A DNA stretch of 53,684 nt from Intoshia linei (taxonomy: Eukaryota > Animalia > Orthonectida), in assembly GCA_001642005.1 (NCBI GenBank), contig LWCA01000107.1:1-53684 (forward strand), in the 5' to 3' direction. Positions 12,670 through 26,341 of this stretch are shown piece by piece. The notes under the pieces are model-generated. The model saw only the letters and a list, made by a program, of their open reading frames with translations, was not told where the DNA came from and made no database searches. The number at the start of each line of letters is the position of its first letter. The first letter of the stretch is position 1. Both the position numbers and the translations under genes were made by a program.

Positions 12670-14905
12670 ATGAATATAGGTTTGATTTTTGAATTATATA
12701 AGTATTAATTATTTATTTAGATCAAATAAATGATGGTAACGCGGTTAATTCGCATGCCAAAACGCTAGATTGGCAAAAATCTAACTATATGGTCGATTCC
12801 GGTATCAACTCTGGTGCACAAACTCAAGTATTTATTGGTAAAGTCAAAATTTTAACTTTTTTAGGCTCATTCAGTATACAATGAAAGTCCCTATGTTCAA
12901 AATGAGGGTAATTTAAATCTTTAATTTATTTTTTACGTTTAATTTAATACCTAGAATTCAATCAAACTGAAACTGACAGTGCAATGTCCAAATTATCTGA
13001 TCCGTCCCAAAGCCTCAAAGATGCTGTGAGTAATCTTATAAATTACCAAGATGATGCTGATATATCTCGAAGTGCTATTCCTCAACTGTACAACCTTTTA
13101 AACGACAACGACGATGTAGTAGTTCTTGAGGCTTTGGCAATGATTTATAGATTAAGTAAACAACAAGCAAGCCGCCACGCCATCTTAAATTACACTCCAA
13201 TGATCGAAAGAATGGTTGAAATTATGTCTACTAAAAATTTTGATGCCGTGAAATACAGTATTGCCACAATCCACAACATATCATGCCATCGAAATGGCTT
13301 AACGACTATAATTAAGTGTGGTGGCATTCCCGTCTTAGTCAAACTATTATCCTCAAATATAGATGAAATTTTGTTTTATGCGATCACGTGTATACATAAC
13401 ATTTTACAAAATAAAGAAGATGCTAGAGCTGTAATTAGAATGGTCAATGGACTGCAGCGAATGGTAGCATTGTTATCTTCAGACAATATTAAATTTTTGA
13501 CCATCACTGCTGATTGTTTGAGAATGCTGTGCTATGGTCATAATGAATCTAAAATTGTTATCATGAACTCTGGCGGAACCAACGAATTAGTTAGAATCAT
13601 GCACACGTATACATATGAAAAGCTTTTGTATACCGTTGCAAGGGTTCTTAAAGTCCTATCAGTGGATACTAATTGCAAGTCCAATATAGTGAAATGCGGT
13701 ATGGTTTATAAATCATTAATAATTTTCATTTAGGTGGAATGCAATCATTGACTATTCATTTGTGTAATTCGAGCAAAAGATTGCTACATAATTGTTTGTG
13801 GACGTTGAGAAATTTATCGGATTCTGCTTCAAATCTGTGTGATTTGGATCAACTTGTCAGTTTACTTGTTAATATGTTGACTTCTAATGAATCTGTAATT
13901 GTTACTTGCTCCGCAGGAATTTTATCCAACATATCCTGTAACAATCCACACAATAAAGCCTTAATCGTCACCTATGGAGGAATTGAAGGTTTGGTAAAAA
14001 CTATTAAAAACGCAGGCGATCAAGAAGAAATAGTTGAACCGGCGGTATTTTTATTTTGATTCATTTATAATATTTACAGATATGTGCTTTACGACATCTT
14101 ACTGCAAGACACCAACACGCAGAAGTGGCCAAGAATGAAGTTAAGCAACATGGAGGTTTAGCATCTGTTGTAAGATTATTGGGACCTCCTTCCAGTGTTT
14201 CTTTAATTACCGCTGTCATTGGATTACTTAGAAATTTGGCATTATCTAGTGAAAATATTATTGCTCTGAGAGAACAAGGTTGTATACCGAGATTAGTACA
14301 GTTATTGTCTAGAATCAATTTGGACCTTCAAAACGTAATTTTAATTCTTACTGTTTAAATTATCTTTTTTTTAGAGTAAAAATGGAAATACTAACATTGA
14401 TTTGAATGATGTCATAAATATTGCTGAAGCTGGTTCAGCGGCATTGCATATTTTGGCAAAAGATCCTAGTAATCGGTCTCTCATCATTTCTTTGAATTGC
14501 GTCCCAATGTTGTTGGATGTAAATTTTTTAACTTACGAGGAATAATCTTAATTTAGATGATCTACTATGGACCCGAAAATGTTCAAAGAGCTAGTTGTGG
14601 TGTTTTATCTGAAGTTGCAATTGATAGTGTTGGTGCCCAGCAAATTATTACAGAACGTGGTTCTGTTCCGCTTACTCAATTGTTATATTCTGAGAACAAG
14701 ATACTGTGTAATTAATTTTTATAGATTTACAATCCTGTCGCAGTTTTTATTATTTAATTAGCTACCTACGCTGCGGGTGTATTGGTTAGAATGCAACATG
14801 AAAACTTGTCGGATTATCAAAAGAATGGCCAAAATGTAAAGTTAATATTATAATTATACTTATACTTTTTAGATGAATGATAATTGGTTTAATACGGACT
14901 TGTAA
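12670..14905 (+). CDS. CTNNB1: Beta-catenin / armadillo, 10 exons, ~623 aa
   Basis: Degron [22 protein letters not shown], armadillo repeats ([29 protein letters not shown]) and C-terminal WFNTDL*. Exons 12670-12679, 12721-12827, 12865-12907, 12955-13698, 13734-14044, 14080-14334, 14375-14518, 14557-14707, 14762-14835, 14873-14905 splice in frame. Confidence 0.96.
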
Positions 14906-15650
14906 TGATTGTTTATATTTTATTGTAATTAATTTTAATTAAATTATTTTTAAAAATTTTTTTTTTAATTGTATACATTTTTTTACTGTCAAGTATGAAG
15001 AGTGTCACTATGTCATCTATAATTTTTTTTAAATTCTAGGGTTTTCATTTTTTAAAAACAGGGTAATTTATGGTTTGTATCGAAAAATGAACTTTTCTCA
15101 GTATCCATTTATGAAAATGATTTTACTGATAATCTAGTTAATTTGTATCGCTACCAATAGATAATAATGGCAAGTTTTTCCTGACAAACATTTTCTGTGA
15201 ACTATCTTTTTATCTAACTAGATAATTTATATTGGTTCAAAAGACTTAATAATTTAAGTTAAGTTACTTTGTTAACAAATCAAATGAGAACAATCTAATT
15301 GTTTGATTAACGAAAGTATTTATAGATAAAATACTATTTCTTATTTTAATTATGCAATCTAAATATATTATAGATATTTTTTATTGGTTTATCCAAAATG
15401 ATAAATAGGTCATTGCATTTTAAAACGTTAAATGATATATAAATAACAAAGTATTTTTAAAATAATCTTTATAAATTTTATGAATCTGTTGAGTTATTTT
15501 AAAATTCAATCAACATTAAAAATATTGGAATATTTACTAATTCATGATAAACATTATTCATAAATGGTTTGTTAATAAAAATTTTATTAAAAAAAGCATA
15601 TCTATATATCTACCTATACAATCAATAATTTAATAAATATGAATTTTGGT

Positions 15651-18070
15651 TTATCCAATTGTGAATGAAATTCCTAGGTTGTACAAATCTTTTCTTTTAT
15701 GATTTAAAGTAGCACATAATCCCAGAGTAAACGGTAATGGCATGAGAATAGTTTCAACGTTCACAACTACTTTGTAATTGCTATCTATCTGTCCTATAAA
15801 TAATTATTAAAAATTAATAATAAATAATTGATTACCTCTAACTGTTGTGTTGATATCGGGAATATTACTACGAATTGACACTGTCGTATTTGTCTCACCT
15901 TTACCTAAATCACTATCTAATTCAGTAGAACATGTTAAATTTTCTGTAATTTTGTTGATGTAGGCAAGTTTTAATGATTTTAAAGTCGGAGCAATATTAG
16001 AAACTACAGACCAGTTATTCTCTAAATTGAAAATAAAATAATACATAATGTGATAAACTAGAATATTTTCCCATAAAGGTCATAAAATTAACATCAATTG
16101 GCATTTCTTTTGGTTTTTGTTTGATAAATTCAAGTCCCAAATCAATATTATTTGTAATTCGTTGTAAATGCTGGGCAATGTAGACCCCTAACGTTTATTA
16201 AAGGAAACATCGTACCATATTACCTGTGCCGTCAGTTACATCCATATTTGCTGTTGTAAATGTAGATGTACTTTTTTTGGTAAAGTAATCTATCGAATTT
16301 GTGACATTTAACCAATCTGAACCCTTTATCTAAACATATATAGATATCATTCCATTAAGAATCAAAAATATGCCCATTTTCAGAATTTCACCATGAAAAA
16401 TTTTTAATCAAATATGAAATAAATTAGTTGCTTAAGGCTGAACTGATTAAAATTTAAAAAAATATGTTAATAGGAAATAAAAACCTGGTAGATTCCTCTA
16501 TATTTTATATAATCGTTAAAATGGTGCATCACTCTGGCATGAAGGTTTCCATTAGTCTCCATTTCTCCGTAAAAAATGGGATACATCTAAATTTAAATAG
16601 GTAAAAATTTTTAATCCATATGTGCGACGCACGCACGTGCGTATTAAAATTCCACAACACCATAAAGAACGATGCGAAGTTCTGTACCATTCTCTTTCAA
16701 TTTGACAACAAATTACAACCTATATGATAATATTGCGTAAAATTTTATCAACATACCAGCTTGACTGTTATGTACTTCGTAAAAACATCACCTAACTCTG
16801 CCGAGGGCGGATTTTTTAAAATGAAATTAAAACATGACTATTTACATTTCATTTTGAATTCAAATATTTGAAAACTATCGGTTGATAATATATGAAGTTA
16901 GTTTTCACCGGGAATGCTTCGATTTCTAGAATTGAAATTTTGTGTCTATATAAATTGGGGTAATCTTCTTTTTCTAATTGTAAATCCGTTAATTATTTCA
17001 AATTTTTCGTTTTACTAAGAGTTTCCAAACCAAAAAATTAATACTAAATTGCTTTTTTGACCACGCAGGCGTTACTTTGTCAGATTTAATTTTTTATGTG
17101 TTAACTGTATGCTAATGTTTATGATTTTAAAGACTGTCAAAATGTATGTTGTATAAAATTCTAGAACTTTTTTCATTTTTAAAAAAAAGGATATTTTGTG
17201 GTTTTGGTAGTCAACATATATGATTTTAAAATTTTTTATCATTCTAGAACACGTTGATTTTTAAAAAAAGGATAATTGAGGTTTTTGACCTTGAAACCAT
17301 TCAATTGCTGAAAATGATTCTCAATTTACGATAAAATCTAAACGACGAAAAATTAGTAATGGAAAGTGGTATTTTTAAAACTCTACGCTTTTTATTTCTT
17401 AACAAACTTGTAAATAAACTTGAACAGACAAATAAACAGACATACATTTTTAACTAAATTTCTTTATATTACAACGATTGTAATTATTATCATATTGAAC
17501 GTAAATTGTATAGTTCGGATCGTGCTTCTATTCTTATGGCAGAATAAGTCAAATTTGGCACTTTTATTCACATACAGGTAACACTATGAATAATTTTCCA
17601 CAGTAGTAGTACAAGTAATTAGTCTAAATTAGACTACATTAGACTGTCTAATGTACATTTTTAAAATTCACCTCAGTGGGAGAAATTTGCTTGGTTCCAA
17701 CATAAGTAGCTCCGAAATTGTAAAAGTTTCCTTGCAATTTCGATAAGGAAACATTGTGTTGAATTTGAAATCTACTACTCAATGATTTGTTTAATAAAAA
17801 TTTTAGTCCTTCATAAGGCATGGCATTGTTTTCTAAACAATTGTAATACCCATAATATATTAATTAACCTTTGACATCTTTCAATACATCATCATATGTA
17901 CCAGGGTTTGTGCTATCAATAACACTTTTAAATTCCTTTTGTGGTTCAACTGGAGCTTCGTTTTCAGACTCATGTATTGGTTTTTCGATGATTGGCATCA
18001 TTGGTGATAATTTTGACGTACCACTGATAGGTTCTGTTGAATTGGTGAGACTACTTGTTGTATTCCCCAT
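15651..18070 (-). CDS. TOMM40: Mitochondrial import channel TOM40 (multi-exon)
   Basis: NPGTYDDV, EGLKFLLNKSLS, YNFGATYVGTKQISPTE, MYPIFYGEMETNGNL, and C-terminal beta-signal YNLGISFTIG*. Confidence 0.93.
16757..17480 (-). mobile_element. Non-autonomous Helitron-like repeat in TOM40 intron
   Basis: Terminal motif CCAGCTTGACTGTTATGTACTTCGTA..CTCTGCCGAGGGC shared with 31128; internal TTGTGGTTTTG subrepeats and ACAGACA microsatellite near the other end. Confidence 0.6.
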
Positions 18071-18237
18071 TTTAAAATTAAATTTAAAGTAAAAACGTGA
18101 TGTTTAATAAACTTTAATTAAATTTGAAACAGTAGTCGACGACTACTTACTAAATTGTTTATTAATTTACGTTAAAATTAAAATGAAGAATATCAATTTG
18201 TATTTAAAATTTTTTTATTATTTTTGAATGATTGAAT
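18071..18237. promoter_or_regulatory. Putative bidirectional promoter between TOM40 and CABIN1
   Basis: Short gap between divergent genes containing a perfect dyad AGTAGTCG-A-CGACTACT (18131-18147); depends on the inferred CABIN1 start. Confidence 0.35.
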
Positions 18238-21200
18238 ATGGTAATTTTTTTTAATTTCTTTATTATCAATGTGGGCAGTTTCTGTTACTTTTTAAATTCG
18301 ATGTATAGTTCGTTTTACTTCTGATAATTCCCATTCATTTTTCAAATTATTTAGAGATTGTTAATGTTTTTAAAATTCAAATTCAAAAAGAGTTTCAAGT
18401 TGAATTTTTAAGTTTTTTTAGTGTACATGGTTTGTTTTTTTTTGTTAAAAATTCTTCATGGTCAAAACCACAAATGACCCTATTTATTTTCAAAATGAAC
18501 ATGTCCTAAAATTTTATAAAACATAAATTATGCGATAGTTTTCAAAATTATAAGCATTATGATATATGGCAACCTCAAAAAAGATAATATTCACGATCAA
18601 AACCACAAATTACTCTTTTTTTTAAATGAAAACAGCCCTAAAATTTAAAAAAAAATTTCAATCTGACAAAGTCAAAAAGAACTTTAGTATTAATTTTTTT
18701 TATTTCGAAACTATTTTATTAAAACTTAGTATACTTCGTGAAGGTTACATGATTTAATCCATAAATATAAGGGTTTGTCACAAAAATAATTAATTTATAC
18801 GGTTATCGTGAAAAAATCATGTAAATGCATAATTTAATGCCAAAAGAAGACTAAAGTGTTAATTTTAAAAAGTTTCAGTAAAAAATTGGAGTTACTAAAA
18901 AAGGGTTGCAAACCTTATATTATCATGACACGGATAAATTTCCATATAAACAAATTGATCAATATTCGCAATATTTATAAATTAATGACTAATAATTCCC
19001 ATTTTTAGTTTACGGGGTTATCTGCACGGAAATCCGGTTCACCATGCAGCAGCGACTCTTCAATAAACTATACATGTAAAAAAAGGGTTTATAATGAATG
19101 CAACTTAAACAGTGATTCATCTCAGGAATCACGAACTGAATATTGTAAACCAAAAAAAGTAAAACGATGTGATCCCTTTAGCGTAGTATATAAAAACCTA
19201 CAAGATAGTTACAATGAAGCCCTAAGTGCATTTTCGTCATTCGAGAGTATGGCTAAATTATACAATAACGGCAAAAAGGATGACATAATTTTGGACGTAA
19301 AAAATGAAAATTTTCGAGCAGTCCACACTTTGCTAGATAAAATAATATTTTACAAACTTCCTTCCGACAAATATTCAGATTATCAAATCAACATGTTAAA
19401 AAAATTACAATATTGTGCAAATAGAAATTTGGCTAAAGGATATTTAATAATAGAGGAATATACTTGTGCTTTCGAAAATTATAGACGGGCTTTAGAACTG
19501 GACGACACTAATATCAATGTTTGGTATGAAATGGGAATTTGTTGTAACATGAAGGAAAAATTTGTTACGGCTAAAATAGCGTTTACTCGCGCATTAGAAC
19601 TGAACGAATTTCATTTACCGTCCATCAAGCAGTTGATTTTGGTATTGACTAGACTTTCCAACTTTGTGTTACTTAAAGAGATTTGTTTGAGTTGTATAGA
19701 TTTATACCCTTCCTACACATTACCTTATCAAGCATTATTATACTTGTCATATAAATTTGATCAAGAATTTGTTTCTACAAGTAAGATTAAAAATATTTTT
19801 AAGGGTGAATTATACTTACCTATGATTTATGATTGTGCAGGTAAAAATGTTGAATTCAATATCGATAATGTTAAGTATTTTGATAATTTACATCAAGAAT
19901 ATGACAAAAAAAGATTTTTGGCAAACCAAGAATTTCTAAAGAAACCTGTACCAATAATGAAACACGAAAATTTAGCGATTGAAATTGAAAAATTGGAATG
20001 GGAAAATATTGGAGAAAAAATATTAACCCTTTTGAAACAATACATCAACAAATGTCAAATGGATGAAATGTACATTTTACATTATTGTGAAATAGAATTT
20101 AGTACAAATAATTTGCTCGTTGATTCTTCCGACTCTGAAAAACCACAAAAAGTTTCTCCCGAAAATACAGTTAACCCTTTAGAAGACGATGACAGTAAAA
20201 CTAAACGCCGTTCTTCTAGAAACATTTTAAAAAGTTCACCAAAATACCCCGAATTTTCTCTAAAAAATAATATCAACCTGATAATATCAAATATTTGTGG
20301 AATTGACTCTGAAAATTTTGATTATGTTTATAAAGTTTCTAGTAATGATTATAATGGTTTAAAGTCATTAAAAGAAGTGGTGGTTCTGTCCAGTCGTCCA
20401 AGTCAACATGATTTTTTGAAAATGAAAATGAAAAATATTTTACATAAAGAACCACGTTTCGGGTTGGTCGGCGTAGCCGTCAATTTTTTATTTCAAATTG
20501 CTCAAATTTCATGCAATCAATTTGTTAATTATCGCGTCCGATGTATATACCGAAATATTTATTCCCTTCTTTATAATAAACACATTCAACCTCCAAGGTT
20601 ATTTTCTAATGACGATTCGCTCTATTTTTTCAGATATGGCATGTTGGGTATTACATTTTGCGAATTTTGTCTCAACCAAGAAGACGAATTTACATTTTCA
20701 CATGTTGAACATCTGGATTCTCTTTTGGCAGTTTGTTTATTGTGTTTAAAATCATATTTATCGAAATTCGAAAATGTTGATTCAATCAAAAAATTGTGGT
20801 TAATTAGGTATCATAACAGTTTAATTGATTTGAATGAATACTTATCTAATCATACCATATTGAAAAATGATATTTCTGACCCTTTTGATTCTTACAGTGA
20901 ACTGAAAAAAATATTTCAGACTTTTGAAAGCCAAGATTACTTGGTTAATTTAGCTTGTGTAAAAAACAGTTGCATTTGTTTAAATTCTATAAAAAATGTA
21001 ATTTCGAGCTTTGAAATGAATCAACTTATGAATTCGTGTAAACATTTGATGGATAAAAAAGCCTATCACAAGATTATCCAAACCCTAACGCCCATTCTAG
21101 GTATAGATTCAAATTTTGAATTGCGAAATAATGACATTGAAAAAGTTTTGCATTCTTGTGGGTTCCGCGTATTGATTGAGTTTTTTATCTTGTACATTCG

Positions 21201-24200
21201 AGCTAATTTAGTCTTGAAAAAATGGGAAAACGTCTTTGTTCAATCTATATATTGTTTAAAAATTATTTTTGGCTATTCACTAGACAACAATTGTCTCGAT
21301 TGGGGCAAGAATATTTTGGATAGTAATCTTAAAAATGTTATAATTAAAAATATTTTTAATTTGATTAAAATATTATTCCGTGTATTTGACAAATGTCCCG
21401 ACATTATTCAAAATTTTGTAAAAAATTTAAACATTATACACGAATCTATAGTTTGTATTATGAAATTGATACTGTTTTTTAATTTATTCCTTTCTAAGGA
21501 CAAAAAAGACAGAGAGGCTGTTGCCATTTATCCGTGGCTTATTTTGTACGAAATTTTAAAATATTATGAACTTTATATAGAAAAATGTCTGGTCCCTGTT
21601 TCTAAACCAGAGTCGGATTCTGATTCATATGAATGCAGCCCAGCTAGTATGACCAATTCAATTTTAGAGTCTGAATATTTTTCACTTGATATACTTATTT
21701 TTTCTCACGATTTTTTGACAAAGTTACTTGGTACTTTGTGTAAGAAACATTGCAATCGTGTGGTAAAGCAATATTTTTCTTTTTGTATTAAAGAGATTGG
21801 ATCTTTTTTATTAATTTCTCATGGCAATTTAACTATTCATACAGATACTTATGAAAGGATTAGAACTGGGTTTGAACAATTTATTTATTGTAGATATTTT
21901 TATCCTTTTAAAAAGAAACCTCGTTATTTAAAGGAACATTTAGCCATCAATTCACCGGGTATCGACAAAGATAAAGAGTCGAACGCGTTTGTTGCTAGGA
22001 CAACATTAATTTTACAAGACATTCCTTTTATTGACTTTTATTATTCACCAGATGTAGTTCCAGAATATGATAGTTTTAAATCAGACTCAATTTGTAGTGA
22101 TATTGAAGTTCTTTTTAGGTATTTGTTTTTAATACATTTAAAATTACGTCCAATCTTTATAGCAGTAGTTCTCGATTAAAATAATGTACCCACCCATTTC
22201 AAAATATTATTTTTTTGGACCTCAAAAGAAACATGAAATATAAAATATTTATATAAAAATTAAACGATTTTTTTCATAAGATTTAGTAAAATCGTGTTTT
22301 TCCAAAAAAATATCGGTAAATTTTCCTGATTTTCAATTAGAGTTTGAAATGGTTTTTTTTATTAAATTTTATTAATGGTCGCATAAAAGTGGGATTTTTT
22401 AAATAATAATGTAGCGATCGTTTAGGATTTTGGATAAATTCCTAACATCTGGCAACTCTGTTACATATTCTGTAATAAAATATACAAATTCTCCTATAGA
22501 AATACGGCTATATTTTTATAAAAATAATACTATAAATTAGTGTTTCTCAACCAATACTACATTACCCATATTATCGTACTTATTTTGATATTACCCACTA
22601 TATTGTTTAACTACATTTTGGATGATCAGGTTTTTAGAATAAGCCATATAAATTTTTTAATAGTAAACTTTACTTAAAATTAATTAAAATTTTTTAAAAA
22701 ACTAATTTTAAAAAATAGTAAAATAAAGGGGAAATTCTGTTTTAGACCCTGAACGACTCAATGGGAAAAATTATATTTCATACTTTACTGTGCATGTGGC
22801 GTAAAAAAATAAAAAAATTCCAATTTTTTTAGAACAAATTTTGCGATTACCCATGAAAAATATCAAATTACCCACTCGTGGGTAAATACCCACAGGTTGG
22901 GAATCACTGCTATAAACAAAGGTAAAAACTACTCTAGAGCGACATAGATTGGAGCGATACATCTTAGACCGTCATTATCATCGATTCTACAAATATATAA
23001 TTTATTTTTTCACTAAATTTTTGTTTGTTTTCTTAGGAGAGTTATTGACACTCAATTTTTAAATATTTTCAACATAATTTAGGGTCCAAAATTTGGTAGT
23101 GTTTTTAACGGATTTTTTTCACTTAATTTTTAGCCTAAAAAATTTTGGATACAAAATTATTTTGAAAAATTGGATGAAAAAAATGTTCCTTTAAAAACCC
23201 TACTAAATTTTTATTAAAAATTTATCTTCAAAATCTTTTTTTCATCAAAAAGTTATACGGGCCCTGTTTCTGAAAATTTACACATGATAAATTTTAACTG
23301 AAGAGAAACAGTTTTAGTATATTGAACAAAATAATATCCAGGACGATTTGAAAATTCAGAGCTAAAATGATTATAATGAGCCAATTATGGTAGAAAAGAG
23401 TTTAAAAGTTAAAAAAAAAATAAATAATCTACGTATTTACTCAAAAGGCCACCAAAATTATTATGTGGGCCATTGATTGCCGACCCTGTTCTAGTATGTA
23501 TTGCTCTAACAATACATGGCTCAAATTAATATTTGCCATTCAAAATACCCGTTGAATAGTTTTAGTATTTCCCAGTATTAGTATAGTATTTTGGTTTTTT
23601 TGTGTACAATCACTGGTTGCTCGATCCCGTGCTCTATTTTAATTAAATTACATTGTTTAGATGCGTGTATAACTCAATTATCGATGAGAAAGTATTGGAT
23701 CATAAATTGGAAGAATTGGAAAATTTTATTATGAATGAAGCTGGTGATTTTTTTTTGTCGGAGGCGTCTTCTCTTTTAGAAAATGTACAACTTGCTCCCG
23801 ACAACGTTTATTATTTGGCAGATTATATGTTTAAGAATAACACGACCGATAAAAATGTAGAAAGATTATACTTGATTGATATTTGTTTAAACCCAAGTAG
23901 ATTTGATTCTTGGGCTGCACTTAGTATAATACTGAGTAATGAATTGGAAGCAAAATTGGTTTTACCGCAAACGAATCTATTTAGTATGGATATTTTTCAG
24001 ACCAAGAAAATTTTCAATTGTTTCAATTACGCTTTATTATTGAATCATAACCCAAAATTGTGGTTGGAATACGGTCGAATAGCTTATTGTTTATTTACCA
24101 TTTCCAAGTCACTTTGTCGATTATTCGAACAAGACGATAAAATGCGTATTTTGAAAAATTTGTCTTTGCTAAATTCTGATCTTTTTTACAAAAAAAAAGA

Positions 24201-26275
24201 GAAATGGATATTTTTATTAAAAAATTCACTAGAAATTGCACAAAATTGCATGTCTGTTGCAATTGATTGTAATACCAAAGATGCTTGGTATCGGTTTTAT
24301 ATGCTTGGTAAAATTAAATGGGCTTTATTTAAAAATGGTTCCATATTTATTGAAAAGGTTAATTTCTTGAATCATTTTCAATCCGCTTTTATTGAACAAA
24401 GAAAAGACATTGACGTTTTATCTAATATTTGCGACAAAAAAAGCAGTTGTCTAGAATTGTTGGATATTATCCATCATATCGCCAAAAAAATTCAAAATGT
24501 TTCTGTTGTTTATCATAGTTTTTATAATTTTAAAGGTGAAAATTTGACGGACCAGGTACCTATTATTGGCCACAATTTTACGTTGACTTTGGGTTACCTT
24601 CAAAAGACTGATTTTTTTAACTTTTTCAGTGATTCGTTGAAGGTTATCAACTATATTAGCCAAGAGATTGAAAAACTGTATTCTAAGGACTCTCTGATAC
24701 CGATGATTCTTCTACAATCTTTAAATGTTGATTTTACTTCATATTACGTAAACAATCCTATTAATATGCTGCAGTTTTCAAGTTTGCTGATTGTTATCAC
24801 CGTTTATATTATGAATTGGATTTTACGACGGCACTCGGGGTATTACAAATCCGTCATTTCGCTAGCTAATTTATTTTTGAATGGACCTAATTGGATTAAG
24901 GTATTTTTAAATGTATAATGTTTATATTTTTATAGAATGTCGAAATTGCCAAAATATTTTTATTGGATGGCGGGGAACGGAAAATGAATATAATTAATCA
25001 TGATGTTTATTTTAAATTTAATGGACTGTTTTTAAATAGAAAATCGCTTTCTTGGTTTAATGATGTGTATCGATTATCAGCTGAAGATTTAGAAGGCATA
25101 ATAACCTTTGAAAATCAAATGATTAAGGCGCTTTTATTAGTTATTCAAATCTGTCAAATTTTTCTAGACAAAACTACTTTATATGAACTGTATGCATATT
25201 TATCTACGAAACCAGACAAAAAGAAGTAATTTAATTTATATTTTTATTATTATTTATTTTTGGCAATGAAAAAAATAATCAATTGGGCTTACGATTCACT
25301 ATCACTTGTTTGTATTGTTGGTATGTATTCCCTAATTTCTATTATAATGGAAACATATTTGCGCTAGAATCTATATTCTCATTTTTTTCACGATATGGAC
25401 CCAGAGCCAAGCCTACCAAGCTCACGGTTATTCGAAAAGCAAAAATAGGCCCTAAAAATTACCAAACGATGCTTAGTAGCATATAGCCATAGCCACCTCT
25501 CCAAGACTTTAGATATTTAACACAAAATAGTTGTTATTAAATAATATAATATATAAAATAAAAGTTAACGAATTTAGAAAAATGAGGTCACAATTTTACA
25601 AAAATTTAGTCGAGGTTCCGGGAAAGGTCTCCATTATTTTGAAACCATAACCATTTATTTATAAAACTCAATGTCCTATAATTTAAAAAATCAAATCCCA
25701 AGTCGTTTGTTTACGGTGCAAAAAGTAAGATAATTTTCACTATCAGAAATTTGCATCTTGAATGATAAAAACTCTAATTTCCATTTTTTTTTATAAATAA
25801 AATTTTAAAACGTCAATTCTAGTTTTTCAAGGCTAAATACTATATTATAAATTTTGTTTTCTGAAATTGACACCTTTACGGTTAAAATTTAAATATTTTT
25901 TCGAACTGAGATATGTAGTTTTAGCTTTAAATTTAACTTTATAAACTAAAATTGAAGTACGACTTTTTTCGGGTCACTATATAGTTAAAACCACAAATTA
26001 CCTTTTATTTTGAAAAACGAAAAAACTAAGTCATAATTAAAAAACTTACAGCTATGACATTTTTTCTAGGTAACATACAGAAATTATTTCAATCACAAAG
26101 TTACGTCTTTATGGTCAGAAAAGCACGTTAATGTGCTTTTTTTATTTCCAAATAAAAACACACATTTTGCCATCACCGGTATACGACCATAATTATTTAA
26201 TTTAGAATGTATATAAGAGAAGTTGGTCGATTATATTTATATGAAAAATGTAAAACTATTATGGATTCTATCTGA
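18238..26275 (+). CDS. CABIN1: Calcineurin-binding protein CABIN1 / Hir3 homolog (HIRA complex), ~1570 aa
   Basis: N-terminal TPRs (ALELDDTNINVWYEMG), EQFIYCRYFYPFKKKPRYLKEH, YYLADYMFKN..DICLNPSRFDSWA, KPDKKK-MYIRE. Exons 19009-22118, 23661-24900, 24936-25225, 26206-26275. The first exon (ATG 18238 then GTAATT) is inferred. Confidence 0.9.
18340..18760 (+). repeat. Helitron-like family fragment
   Basis: AAAACCACAAAT(T/G)ACCC..AAATGAAA subrepeats shared with other copies in the window. Confidence 0.55.
22538..22909. mobile_element. hAT MITE in CABIN1 intron
   Basis: TIRs TAGTGTTTCTCAACC / GGTTGGGAATCACTG; TSD CTATAAAT / CTATAAAC; reverse-orientation sister of 7075-8249. Confidence 0.85.
25600..26160 (+). 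repeat. Helitron-like family fragment in CABIN1 intron
   Basis: AAAACCACAAATTACCTTTT subrepeat and GTCAGAAAAGCAC motif; boundaries approximate. Confidence 0.5.
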
Positions 26276-26341
26276 CATATTTGTACTTTTGTAAATAAAA
26301 ATTAAATTATAAATCTCTATCGATACCTTATTTTATATGAA

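Noticed and set aside
14061-14318. Antisense and alternative-frame ORFs in the ORF track (also 9912, 17871, 20082, 24451, 34462, 42729, 47892, 49981, 53005)
   Set aside because: Shadows of real coding exons or transposase sequence.
19249-22179. 976-aa ORF as a stand-alone intronless or horizontally acquired gene
   Set aside because: It is one exon of CABIN1; the frame extends upstream to 19009 and splices at 22118.
26318-26325. TATCGATA as a confirmed DRE promoter element
   Set aside because: The same 8-mer also occurs inside coding (~19860) and intronic (~30260) sequence, so it is not specific; kept only as a hint.
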